This document shows, one piece after another, positions 26,159 to 35,388 of a stretch of DNA of 64,000 nucleotides (position 1 is the stretch's first letter; every line of letters begins with the position of its first letter). The stretch is from an uncultured Chloroflexia bacterium (GTDB lineage: Bacteria > Chloroflexota > Limnocylindria > QHBO01). A model generated the notes under the pieces. The model saw only the letters and a list, made by a program, of their open reading frames with translations, did not search any database and was not told where the DNA came from. Position numbers and translations under genes: made by a program. Location: the NCBI GenBank assembly GCA_963771155.1, contig CAVYSK010000013.1, positions 16,919 through 80,918 of the forward strand, in the 5' to 3' direction.

Positions 26159-27129
26159 CGTACCGGCAGGCGGTTGCGCGCGGCATCGGCCAGGAGATGG
26201 ACCGCGACCCGACCGTCGTGATGCTCGGCGAGGATATCGCCGCGGCCGGTGGCGTGTTCAAGACCACGGAAGGGCTGCTGGACCGCTTCGGCCCGGAGCG
26301 CGTTCGAGACACCCCGATCAGCGAGCAGGCGATCATCGGTGCCGCCATGGGCGCCGCGATGACCGGGCTGCGGCCGGTGGCCGAGCTCATGTTCAGCGAC
26401 TTCTTCGGCGTCGCGTGGGACATGGTCGCCAACCAGATCGCGAAGACCCGCTACATGACCGACGGCCAGGTCAGCCTGCCGCTCGTGATCCGCACCGCGA
26501 ACGGCGGCGGACTGCGCTTCGGCGCCCAGCACAGCCAGTCGATCGAGAACTGGGCGATGGCCATCCCAGGGCTCAAGGTGGTGGCTCCGTCGACACCGCG
26601 CGACATGGTCGGCCTGATGGCGGCGGCGATCCGGGACCCCGACCCGGTGATCGTGTGCGAGCACAAGTCGCTGTTCGCCGACAAGGCCGACGTGCCCGAC
26701 GGCGAGATCGTGGAGGAGCTCGGCCGGGCGCGCGTCGTCCGCGACGGAACCGATGCGACCGTGGTCGCGCTGGCGGCGATGGTGCCCCGTTCGCTGGCCG
26801 CGGCCGAGGCGCTGGCCCGCGATGGCATCGACGTCGAGGTCATCGATGTCCGGACGCTGGTCCCGCTCGACGTCACCGCGATCCTCTCGTCGGTGGCGAA
26901 GACCCAGCACCTGTTCACCGTCGAGGAGAACCCCCGCCTGTGCGGGTGGGGCGCCGAGGTCGTGTCGATCGTTGCCGAGGAGGGAATCTACTCACTCGAC
27001 GGGCCCGTCGTGCGCATCACCACGCCGCACGTCCCGCTGGCGGCGAACCCGATCCTCGAGGACGCCCAGATGCCGTCGGCGGAGCGGATCGCATCCACGA
27101 TCCGCGCGACGCTCGAGTCAGGCGGATGA
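26146..27129 (+). CDS. 2-oxoacid dehydrogenase E1 beta subunit
   Basis: GTG 26146 (GGAGG 6 nt upstream) overlaps the alpha subunit stop. LTYRQAV...VMLGEDI...RVRDTPISEQAIIGAAMGAA is typical of E1 beta. Confidence 0.9.
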   Translation: MAELTYRQAVARGIGQEMDRDPTVVMLGEDIAAAGGVFKTTEGLLDRFGPERVRDTPISEQAIIGAAMGAAMTGLRPVAELMFSDFFGVAWDMVANQIAKTRYMTDGQVSLPLVIRTANGGGLRFGAQHSQSIENWAMAIPGLKVVAPSTPRDMVGLMAAAIRDPDPVIVCEHKSLFADKADVPDGEIVEELGRARVVRDGTDATVVALAAMVPRSLAAAEALARDGIDVEVIDVRTLVPLDVTAILSSVAKTQHLFTVEENPRLCGWGAEVVSIVAEEGIYSLDGPVVRITTPHVPLAANPILEDAQMPSAERIASTIRATLESGG

Positions 27130-28019
27130 AGGTCGCCGTCGTCGGCTGCGGCCGGATGGGCTCGGCCATGGCCCGCGCCATCGCGCGAGGCGGGGCCGAC
27201 CTGGTCCTTCACAACCGAACGCCCAACGCGGCCCGTGCGCTGGCGGAGGAGGTCGGGGCGCGGGTGGCCGGGTCGCCCGCCGAGGCGGCGGCCGGCGCCG
27301 ACGTGACCATCACCATGCTGGCGGACGGCGACGCGGTGCGAGCGATCTGGGATGGTCCGACGGGTCTCGTTGCCGGCGCCCACGACGGTGGCGTCCTCGT
27401 TGACATGAGCACCGTCCCGCCCGACACGATCACCGCCTTCGAAGCGGCCGTGCGCGGGCGCGGCTCCGGGATCATGGACGCCCCTGTGTCGGGCAGCACC
27501 GTCCTCGCCGAGGCGGGGCAGCTCACGATCATGGCCGGTGGCACGGCCGACGATCTCGAGCGCGCCCGGCCTGCGCTCGACCTCGTCTCGCGCGGGATCA
27601 CCCATGTCGGTCCGCTGGGATCCGGCGCAGCGCTGAAGCTGGCGGTCAACGCGCTGATCTTCGCGATCAACAACAGCGTGAGCGAGGCGCTCGTCCTCGC
27701 CGAGCAGGCTGGGCTCGACCGGGCGGTCGCCTATGACGTCTTCGCATCCAGCGCCGCCGGTTCGCCGTTCGTGGGATACAAGCGCGACGCGTTCGTCGAC
27801 CCGGAGGGCACGCCCGTCGCCTTCTCGTTCGAGCTGGCGCTGAAGGACCTGCGCCTCATCACCGAGCTCGCGGACCGACTCGGGGTGCCGATTCCCCAGT
27901 CGCGAGTGAACCAGCAGATCATCGACGAGGCCTCCGCACGCCTCGGAGGCGACCGCGACGCATCGGCCGTGGCGGTGCATCTGCGCGAGCTGATGAAGGA
28001 GGGGGCGGCGACCGGCTGA
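27126..28019 (+). CDS. NAD(P)-dependent dehydrogenase (3-hydroxyisobutyrate/6-phosphogluconate dehydrogenase family)
   Basis: ATG 27126 overlaps the E1 beta stop (ATGA). MKVAVVGCGRMGSAMA Rossmann motif and GSGAALKLAVN motif. Confidence 0.85.
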   Translation: MKVAVVGCGRMGSAMARAIARGGADLVLHNRTPNAARALAEEVGARVAGSPAEAAAGADVTITMLADGDAVRAIWDGPTGLVAGAHDGGVLVDMSTVPPDTITAFEAAVRGRGSGIMDAPVSGSTVLAEAGQLTIMAGGTADDLERARPALDLVSRGITHVGPLGSGAALKLAVNALIFAINNSVSEALVLAEQAGLDRAVAYDVFASSAAGSPFVGYKRDAFVDPEGTPVAFSFELALKDLRLITELADRLGVPIPQSRVNQQIIDEASARLGGDRDASAVAVHLRELMKEGAATG

Positions 28020-28060
28020 TCCATCGGACCTGACATCGATGACGTAAGGAGATCGAACCT

Positions 28061-29452
28061 GTGAGTGAACGCATCCTGATTCGCGGTGGGATCGTCCTGA
28101 CCCAGGATCCCGAGCTCGGTGAGCTGAACGGCGCGGACGTGCTCGTGGAGGACGGGAAGATTGCCGCCGTCGGCCCAGACCTGTCCGCGGACGGGGCCCG
28201 CGTCATCGAAGCGGCCGGCGACGTAGTGATCCCCGGCTTCATCGATACGCACCGCCACACGTGGGAGACGTGTCTGCGGACCTGCGCGCCGGACTTCCCG
28301 CTGATCACGTACTTCAGCTCGATCCTCGACAAGTTCGCACCCCACTACCGTCCCGAGGACGTCCACGCGGCCACCCTGTGGGGCGCTTTGGAAGACATCA
28401 ACGCCGGCATCACGGGGCTCGTCGACTGGGCGCACATCATCAACACGCCCGACCACGCGGATGCGGGGATCCGCGCACTCCAGGAGTCGGGCATCCGATC
28501 GGTCTATGCCTACGGCTTCGGCAACACGTCGCTCGTGGACTGGTGGTTCGGCCCCGATTACACGGGAAGCGTCCTGATGATCGATGGAGCCGACGCCCGG
28601 CGAGTCCGTCAGCAGTACTTCAGCTCCGATGGCGGCCGCGTCACGATGGGCCTCGCAACCCGCGGAACGGGCTTCTGCAAGCCCGACGTCGTCCGCACCG
28701 AGTGGGAGCTGGCCAAGGAGCTCGGGGTCAACATCACGGTCCACGTCGGGATGGACCGCTTCGGCTACACCAAGGGCCAGATCACGGCCCTGCGTGACAT
28801 GGACCTGCTGTACCCGAACACGACCTATGTCCACGGGTCGCACTTCACCGACGAGGAGTGGGCGCTGGTCCGCGACTCCGGCGGGAACGTCTCATTCGCG
28901 CCGCAGATCGAGATCCAGATGGGCCACGGCTGGGCGCCCGCTGTCACTGCGCTCGAATACAACATCCCGATCGGGTTGTCGTCGGACGTGGCGACGACCG
29001 CGTCCGCCGACCAGTTCACCCAGATGCATGCCGTCTTCGGCTCAGAGCGCGGCCGCAAGCACCAGACCGCGTGGGACGACGACCTCGACGGCCTGGAGGC
29101 CTCGCCCGGGCTGATCACGTCCCGGCAGGTGCTGCACTGGGCGACGCTCGGCGGCGCGGAGGTCGCCGGGATCGCCGACCGGACGGGCTCCATCACACCT
29201 GGCAAGCGGGCCGACATCGTGATCATCGACGGCTCGGCGGTGAACGTCGCGCCGATCATCGATCCGGTCGGAGCGGTCGTCTGCGCGGCCGACATCTCGA
29301 ACGTGAAAACGGTGCTCGTAGACGGCGAGGCCCTGAAGGAGAACTTCAAGCTGGCCGCCTCACTCGACGGCCCGCGACGCGCGGTCGAGCAGTCACGGGA
29401 CTACCTGCTCGAGAAGTTCGGCGAGCCGGAGCCCGGCTGGCTGGCGCGCTGA
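28061..29452 (+). CDS. amidohydrolase-superfamily protein (aminohydrolase/deaminase-like)
   Basis: 463-aa ORF. GTG start with AAGGAG 9 nt upstream. Metal-binding PGFIDTHRHTWE motif near the N-terminus. Confidence 0.85.
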   Translation: MSERILIRGGIVLTQDPELGELNGADVLVEDGKIAAVGPDLSADGARVIEAAGDVVIPGFIDTHRHTWETCLRTCAPDFPLITYFSSILDKFAPHYRPEDVHAATLWGALEDINAGITGLVDWAHIINTPDHADAGIRALQESGIRSVYAYGFGNTSLVDWWFGPDYTGSVLMIDGADARRVRQQYFSSDGGRVTMGLATRGTGFCKPDVVRTEWELAKELGVNITVHVGMDRFGYTKGQITALRDMDLLYPNTTYVHGSHFTDEEWALVRDSGGNVSFAPQIEIQMGHGWAPAVTALEYNIPIGLSSDVATTASADQFTQMHAVFGSERGRKHQTAWDDDLDGLEASPGLITSRQVLHWATLGGAEVAGIADRTGSITPGKRADIVIIDGSAVNVAPIIDPVGAVVCAADISNVKTVLVDGEALKENFKLAASLDGPRRAVEQSRDYLLEKFGEPEPGWLAR

Positions 29453-29554
29453 CGACAAGCGCGGGGCGGGCGGCCGCGACGGCCGCCCGTCTCCGTGCGA
29501 CAACCGACATCGGCCCTTCACGAGATCGCAACAGGCGAGGCGTAGACTCAGCGC

Positions 29555-30214
29555 ATGTTCGGATTCGGCAGACCGTCAACCATGCCCGACAAGGCCGATG
29601 CGCTCCCCGGCCGCGATCAGGCCATCCCCACCGCAGAGCGCAGCGTCATCAATGACCAACCGCTGAAGCCGCCGTATCCCGAGGGCAGCGAAGTCGCCGA
29701 GTTCGCGCTGGGCTGCTTCTGGGGCGAGGAGAAGATGTACTGGGAGCAGCCGGGTGTGATCGTCACCGCCGTCGGCTACGAGGGTGGCCACACCCCGAAC
29801 CCTACGTACAAGGAGGTCTCATCCGGAAAGACGGGCCACGCCGAGACCGTCCGCGTGGTGTTCGACCCGTCGCGCGTCACCTACGAGCAGCTCCTCAGGC
29901 TGTTCTGGGAAGCCCATGATCCGACCCAGGGCATGCGCCAGGGCAACGATGTCGGGACCCAGTATCGGTCGGCCATTTTCACGCATGGCGATGCGCAGGC
30001 GAACATGGCCGAGGCCTCCCGCCGGATGTTCCAGGACGAGCTCACGAGGGCCGGATACGGCGAGATCCAGACAGAGATCCGCCCGGCCGGCGAGTTCTAT
30101 TTCGCCGAGGACTACCACCAGCAATATCTCGTCAAGGTCCCGAACGGCTATTGCCCGATTCACGCGACCGGGGTGAAGCTCGTTGGCCCCATCGTGAAGA
30201 TGGAGCAGGTCTAG
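29555..30214 (+). CDS. msrA: peptide-methionine (S)-S-oxide reductase
   Basis: 219-aa ORF with active-site GCFWG motif and the conserved HDPTQ...[10 protein letters not shown] block. Confidence 0.9.
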   Translation: MFGFGRPSTMPDKADALPGRDQAIPTAERSVINDQPLKPPYPEGSEVAEFALGCFWGEEKMYWEQPGVIVTAVGYEGGHTPNPTYKEVSSGKTGHAETVRVVFDPSRVTYEQLLRLFWEAHDPTQGMRQGNDVGTQYRSAIFTHGDAQANMAEASRRMFQDELTRAGYGEIQTEIRPAGEFYFAEDYHQQYLVKVPNGYCPIHATGVKLVGPIVKMEQV

Positions 30215-30276
30215 GAAGCAGTCGCAGGCGCGGTGTCTCGAACCTCACACTGGCGGAGGTCCCTACAATCGTGGTC

Positions 30277-30510
30277 ATGACCGGCCAACTCACGGAGTTG
30301 TGGCGAATGGCTGATGCCGCCAAGCCGCGTGACTGGGAGCTGATGGGGCTCCGCTGCACGTCAAATGGCCTGGCGGCCGCCGCTCGGTCTGACAGGTGGC
30401 TCGCCGAAGCGTGTGGCCCCGCGGATGGCTGCGTCCGCGTCGAGTCGCACTCCGCAGAGGACGCTCTGCAGCAGCTGACGGGGCGGCTTCGCGCTCTTCC
30501 AACCGGCTGA
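30277..30510 (+). CDS. hypothetical small protein (possibly leaderless)
   Basis: 77-aa segment of ORF 30151..30510 starting at ATG 30277. A TACAAT box ends 8 nt upstream. Moderate codon bias and no recognisable family. Confidence 0.35.
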   Translation: MTGQLTELWRMADAAKPRDWELMGLRCTSNGLAAAARSDRWLAEACGPADGCVRVESHSAEDALQQLTGRLRALPTG

Positions 30511-30576
30511 CTCACCCCTCGAACGGATCGGCCCTCGGGATCGAAGAGCAGTAGCCCGTCGCGCGATTCCGACCGG

Positions 30577-31524
30577 CTACTGCCCGGTGTCGGCGTCGCG
30601 CTCGGCAAAGAACGAGTATGCGTGACCGTTGTATGAATGCGTGTAGCTGTAGGTCTCGCGCAGCCATGGCTTGATCGCCACGACCCGGATGGTCGGGAAT
30701 CTGGCCGCAAGCCGCGCCTCGATCCTGGGCCGGCTGAGGCGGTTCCAGTGGTACAGCTTCATCGGGCGATCCTCGTGATCGGCCGCCTCGCCCATGTTGA
30801 AGAACGTGAGCGCGAGGCCGCGGCGGGCGACGCGCATCGCCTCGTCCAACGCGCGCTCCATGCCGTCGAGCGACAGGTGCTCGAAGACGTCGCAGGCGAC
30901 GACGTACTCGAACGACTCGCCGGCGTGGCGGAGGTCGCGCACGTCGCCGACCTCGAACCCGACACCTGGGAACCGGCGGCGGGCGTTCGTTACGTTCTTC
31001 TCCGTCAGGTCGAGGCCGCAATAGTCGAGGTGCGGCGCGAGCCCGTACTCGACGAAGGCGCGGTAGTCGTTGGCCGAGCCGCACGCCAGCTCGAGGACGC
31101 TGATCGTGCCGCCGACATCCGCCAGCGCAGCGCGCCAGGGCTCGACGAAGGTCGCCTCACGGTCGGCGATCGCGTCGTCGACGCCGCGCACGGCCGCCTG
31201 CTTCTGCGCGTTCAGATACGAGCCCATCTTCACGCCAAGCTCCGCGGCACGGTGCCGCAGGACCTCGTTCAGCTCGACCGCCAGCGTCAGCTCCTGCCGC
31301 GTCAGGTCCTGGAACGATCTGCCGGACGCTCGCTCCGCGAGGAATTGGCGGAGCAGGATGCTCTGGACGTTGATGTGCGGGTTCTGGTAGCCGGACACGA
31401 GGTACGTGTCGAGCATCGATGCGGATCGAGCATTCCACGTCCGCTCGAGCAGGAACCGCTCGAGCCGGTCGCCACCGGGAAGGGCGCCCAGCCCGTGCGA
31501 GGCGCCTGCGGCCAGGGCCATCAT
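30577..31524 (-). CDS. class I SAM-dependent methyltransferase
   Basis: Start at ATG 31524 (after the upstream stop at 31590). SAM motif I VLELACGSANDY and a downstream ACDVFEHL block. Confidence 0.7.
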   Translation of the reverse strand: MMALAAGASHGLGALPGGDRLERFLLERTWNARSASMLDTYLVSGYQNPHINVQSILLRQFLAERASGRSFQDLTRQELTLAVELNEVLRHRAAELGVKMGSYLNAQKQAAVRGVDDAIADREATFVEPWRAALADVGGTISVLELACGSANDYRAFVEYGLAPHLDYCGLDLTEKNVTNARRRFPGVGFEVGDVRDLRHAGESFEYVVACDVFEHLSLDGMERALDEAMRVARRGLALTFFNMGEAADHEDRPMKLYHWNRLSRPRIEARLAARFPTIRVVAIKPWLRETYSYTHSYNGHAYSFFAERDADTGQ

Positions 31525-31589
31525 CGATCGATGACGCGCGCCCTGCGCGATGCGGCGGATCGCGGGGCGCACGTCGCCCGTCGGCCGCG

Positions 31590-32879
31590 CTACGGCGCCG
31601 CCGCGCGCACGGTTGCGAGCGCCTCGTCGAACGACGTTCCAGCCAGCGGGCCAAGCAGGTCCGCGTCGTCCGGTGGCACGACCGCCGCGCCGTCGTGCTC
31701 GATCACCTCCGAGCCGAACGTGACCAGCCGGAACCACTCGGCCTCTGCCGCCTGCTCCGACGCGCCGAGCCCGGCTTCGCGTGCAGAGGTTCCCTTGTTC
31801 CGCAGGAACAGGAGTCGCCGGGTGTCGAGCATGGAGGCGCGCACGTCGCGAATCTGCTCAGGGCCGTCGAAGAGCGGCACCTCGATGGCGAGCGAACCGG
31901 CCGACGCCGTCGCCAGGTATCCGGCGACGAGCTCGTCCACTTGAACGGTCACCGTCGCGTAGTGGAGGGCGTGATGCTCAGGGCCGAACCGCCGGCCAGG
32001 CTCCACGGAGGTCACGCGACCTACGACCACGGCGTCGGCGGCCGCCACGAGATCGGCCATGCTCGTCGGCGTCTCGACCTGCGATGCCTCGACCGTCGCC
32101 CCGTCGGAAGCGGCCATGCCTGGCCCGGCGGCAGGTGCGCGGGCGATCTCGACGCCGTAGGTCTTCGGCCACACCTTGTACGGGTAGGCGTTGATGTGGT
32201 CGATATCGGTCTCATGCAGGGCGGTTGGCCCGTTCGGGGTGTTCGAGTTCATGCAGGTGGCCCCGGTCGGTCCATCCGTCTGCGGCGGGTTGCCCCAGTG
32301 GCGCAGGCCCAGCGTGTGTCCGAGCTCGTGGCAGCTGATGTGCGCCCGGCTGGCCGCGTCGTCGAAGAAGAGGCCATACCGCGGGTTGAGGTTGAGGTGC
32401 AGCTCCTGGTGGCGGCACCAGCGGTCGCCCTCACCATTCACGCCCTGCGGTGAGTCCGAGGGGCAGTACACCCAGCCCGCGGCTCCATTCTCACCGTAGT
32501 CGGCACTGAAGGCGATGACGTCGGTCGTTGGCGTCACCTCGGTCTGCTCGACCATCACCAGCCGGGTCGGCCCGTAGACATCGTTCATCGCGCCACGCAT
32601 CGCGGCCCGCAGCTCATCGGTCAGGGAGACGTCGAAAGCCACGTTGTGGCGCAGGTCGTCGCCCACCGAGGTGCAGCGTGGTGGCGTCACGGGCCGGTCG
32701 CAGGCGAGGACCGATCCGACGGGCCGCCCACCATGGTCCCCAAGCGCCACGCCGGGGACCTGGAGGGCCAGGATCGCCACTCCCGCGATGGCCAGCACGC
32801 GGGACAGGCCGGCGCGCAGGGACGGGCGGTGACGGTGAGGTGGCAGCGGGTGCACGATGCGCAAATCGTCCCCGGCCAC
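31590..32879 (-). CDS. secreted zinc metalloprotease (metzincin-like)
   Basis: 429-aa ORF with hydrophobic signal-like segment VLAIAGVAILALQVPGVALG and zinc motif HELGHTLGLRH (HExxHxxGxxH). Confidence 0.75.
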   Translation of the reverse strand: MAGDDLRIVHPLPPHRHRPSLRAGLSRVLAIAGVAILALQVPGVALGDHGGRPVGSVLACDRPVTPPRCTSVGDDLRHNVAFDVSLTDELRAAMRGAMNDVYGPTRLVMVEQTEVTPTTDVIAFSADYGENGAAGWVYCPSDSPQGVNGEGDRWCRHQELHLNLNPRYGLFFDDAASRAHISCHELGHTLGLRHWGNPPQTDGPTGATCMNSNTPNGPTALHETDIDHINAYPYKVWPKTYGVEIARAPAAGPGMAASDGATVEASQVETPTSMADLVAAADAVVVGRVTSVEPGRRFGPEHHALHYATVTVQVDELVAGYLATASAGSLAIEVPLFDGPEQIRDVRASMLDTRRLLFLRNKGTSAREAGLGASEQAAEAEWFRLVTFGSEVIEHDGAAVVPPDDADLLGPLAGTSFDEALATVRAAAP

Positions 32880-33146
32880 ACAACAACTGTCAACGGCGGC
32901 GTCGACGCGCCCGGTGCAGCGCGTGCGGTGGGGGTCAGCGGGGTGAGCGTCGGGTATGGGCGAGGATCCACATCACCGCCAGCAGCGCGGCGATGAGCAG
33001 CAGGATCCCGAGCAAATCCCGTCCAGTTCCGAGTTCCACGGCGCCGTAGTCTCCAGGCAGGTAGCCCCCCTGCCATCCGAGGGCACAACGGCCGCGCAAG
33101 CATACCCCGCCGATGCAAGCGCCCAGCCACGCGGGACTGGATGGAA

Positions 33147-33162
33147 TCGAACATTCGTTCTA
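33147..33162. promoter_or_regulatory. LexA-type SOS box (GAAC-N4-GTTC) overlapping a leaderless-type promoter
   Basis: TCGAACATTCGTTCTA matches the Gram-positive/mycobacterial Cheo-box core. It is followed by TATTCT (33161-33166) 9 nt before the ATG at 33176 of the radical SAM gene. Confidence 0.55.
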
Positions 33163-33175
33163 TTCTGTGAATAGC

Positions 33176-34267
33176 ATGCGGGCAACGTATCGCGAGGAGC
33201 CGTGCCAGACGGCGCTGAACCGGGTGACGGGGATGGGGTTCCGGTGGAGCCTGAACCCGTACATGGGCTGCGCCCACCGCTGCGCCTTCTGCTACGTCCG
33301 CGGCTTCGAGCGACGCGCGGACCGCCCGTCTGACGAGCGGTACGGGACGAGCGTGCGCGTCAAGGTCAACGTCGTCGACGTGCTGCGCTTCGAGCTCGCG
33401 CGACGCTCCTGGCGGCGCGAGACGGTGGCAATCGGTGCCGCGACGGATCCCTACCAGCCGGCGGAAGGGCGTTATCGGTTGACGCGCGGTTGCATCGGCG
33501 TGCTGGCCGCGGCGCGCACGCCGGTCGATCTCATCACCCGTGGCCCGCTGGTGGTTCGCGACCGCGACGTGCTGGCCGACGCCTCGCGGCGAGCGCCCGT
33601 CCGGGTCAGCGTCAGCATCGCCACCCTGGACGAGGACCTGGCCGCGCGGCTCGAGCCCGGGGTGGCGCCTCCGCGCCAGCGGCTGCGCGCCATCCGCCTG
33701 CTGACCGACGCGGGCATCGCGGCAGGCGTTGCCCTGGCCCCGGTCCTTCCCGGCCTGACCGATGCGCCACGAGACCTGGCGGCGGTGCTCAGCGCGGCGC
33801 GCGACGCCGGCGCGACCCATGCGTGGACCAACGTCCTCAACCTGCGAGCCGGCACGCGCGAGCACTTCCTGTCGGTGCTGGACCGCGAATGGCCCGACCA
33901 TGTGTCGCGCTATCGCGACCTGTATCCGGCCGGAGGAAACGGCTACCTACGCAGAGCGGACGCCGGTCCGATCGAGGCGCGCCTCGCGGCGGTGCAGCGC
34001 GGCGCGCGAATCGCGGACCGGCGGCGGATCATCCTCGCGCCGCCGACGGATCCGGAGCAGATGGAGCTGCCCATGGCGCCGGCTGATCGCGATCGCGCTC
34101 AGGCCGCCGCCAGCTCGCCCTCCGCCTCGGCCGCGACGAGCGCCGGCTCGTCGATCACGATCCGCGCCAGGAGCAGGCTGAGCACCAGGCCCCCACCCAT
34201 GATGAAGACCGCCGGCAGCCCGAACAGCTCACCGACCACCCCACCGAGGAGCGCACCGATCGGCTGA
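33176..34267 (+). CDS. radical SAM protein, Rv2578c/SplB-like (DNA-repair-photolyase COG1533 type)
   Basis: ATG 33176. The CxxxCxxC cluster appears as GCAHRCAFCYV. The 3' end is probably over-extended, because the last 169 nt overlap the convergent MFS gene. Confidence 0.8.
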   Translation: MRATYREEPCQTALNRVTGMGFRWSLNPYMGCAHRCAFCYVRGFERRADRPSDERYGTSVRVKVNVVDVLRFELARRSWRRETVAIGAATDPYQPAEGRYRLTRGCIGVLAAARTPVDLITRGPLVVRDRDVLADASRRAPVRVSVSIATLDEDLAARLEPGVAPPRQRLRAIRLLTDAGIAAGVALAPVLPGLTDAPRDLAAVLSAARDAGATHAWTNVLNLRAGTREHFLSVLDREWPDHVSRYRDLYPAGGNGYLRRADAGPIEARLAAVQRGARIADRRRIILAPPTDPEQMELPMAPADRDRAQAAASSPSASAATSAGSSITIRARSRLSTRPPPMMKTAGSPNSSPTTPPRSAPIG

Positions 34268-35328
34268 GTCCCCCACGCCAGCAGCCGATAGCCCGCGTTC
34301 ACCCGGCCGAGCAGCTGGTCGGGCACGATCCGCTGGCGGAGCGAGACGGTGATGACGTTCCAGACGACGATGAACAGGCCGGCGAGGACGTAGACCGCGC
34401 CGATCGCCAGCGCGCTGGTGGTGAACGCCGGCACCGCTGTCGTGACCGAGATGACCAGCACGCTGAAGAACACGAGCGGGACGCGGCCGAACCGCCGCTC
34501 GAGGGGAGCCGCCACGAGCGATCCGATCAGGCTTCCGATGGCGAAGGTGGTGAGCAGCAGCCCGAACCCGGCCTCCGACAGGCCCATCGGTCCGGGAGCG
34601 ACCGCGTACAGGACGAACACGGCAAAGGTGGCGGTCATCGCCAGGTTGGCGACCCCGACCATGATCGCCAGGGTGCGCAGCACGCGGTGGTGGACGAGAT
34701 ACCGAAGGCCCTCGGCGATGTCGGAGGTCAGCCGCGTCGGCGGCCCGGTCCGCACCGGCTTGAACGAGCCGACGATGAGGGTGAGTCCCAGCGCTGCGAG
34801 CGCATAGCCGATCACGCTGCTTGCCAGCACGAGCGGGACGGAGATGCCGATGAGGATGCCGCCGAGGGGCGGCCCCACGAACTGGTTCATCATCAGCTCG
34901 ACGGCGTACAGGCGCCCGTTCGCTGTCGCCAGGCGGTCCTTGTCGACGATCGAGGGCAGGATCGACTGCGCGGCGGTGTCGAACAGGGTCTCCCCCACTC
35001 CCAGCGCGAATGCCGCGACGTAGAGGATCGGGAGCGACAGCCCGTTCGCGAGGGCCAGGGAGCTCAGCAGGACGAGCATCGCGACCCGGAAGAGCTGGAC
35101 GTTGCGCATCGTCTTCCGCCGGTCGAGCCGGTCTGCCAGCGCGCCGGCGATCAGCACGAAGACGAGCCACGGCAGGCGCCCGGCGATCGCCAGGCCGGCG
35201 ATCAGGATCGGCGAGTCGGTGAGGCGCACCGCCAGGAGCGGCAACGCGACGACGAAGAGGCCGTCGGCAAGGTTCGAGGCGGCGGACGATCCCCACAGGC
35301 GCCAGTAGTTGGCGGGCAGTCCCTGCAT
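34099..35328 (-). CDS. MFS transporter (EntS/MFS_3-like)
   Basis: 409-aa ORF with about 12 hydrophobic spans and ALADRLDRRK loop motif. Divergent from a wHTH regulator gene. Confidence 0.85.
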   Translation of the reverse strand: MQGLPANYWRLWGSSAASNLADGLFVVALPLLAVRLTDSPILIAGLAIAGRLPWLVFVLIAGALADRLDRRKTMRNVQLFRVAMLVLLSSLALANGLSLPILYVAAFALGVGETLFDTAAQSILPSIVDKDRLATANGRLYAVELMMNQFVGPPLGGILIGISVPLVLASSVIGYALAALGLTLIVGSFKPVRTGPPTRLTSDIAEGLRYLVHHRVLRTLAIMVGVANLAMTATFAVFVLYAVAPGPMGLSEAGFGLLLTTFAIGSLIGSLVAAPLERRFGRVPLVFFSVLVISVTTAVPAFTTSALAIGAVYVLAGLFIVVWNVITVSLRQRIVPDQLLGRVNAGYRLLAWGTQPIGALLGGVVGELFGLPAVFIMGGGLVLSLLLARIVIDEPALVAAEAEGELAAA

Positions 35329-35363
35329 CGGTGCGAGTCTGCCGGAAGTGATTGAGAACTGTC

Positions 35364-35376
35364 AACCAGTGTGGTT
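35364..35376. promoter_or_regulatory. candidate operator palindrome in the MFS/ArsR divergent region
   Basis: AACCA-GTG-TGGTT is a perfect 5-3-5 inverted repeat within the 60-nt divergent intergenic region. Confidence 0.3.
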
Positions 35377-35388
35377 CAATCGCATCCG

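Noticed and set aside
24445-26910. 821-aa minus-strand ORF, the longest in the track
   Set aside because: It is antisense to the well-supported M24, E1 alpha and E1 beta genes. It is Arg/Pro/Gly/Asp-rich with no motifs. This is a typical stop-free shadow frame of GC-rich coding DNA.
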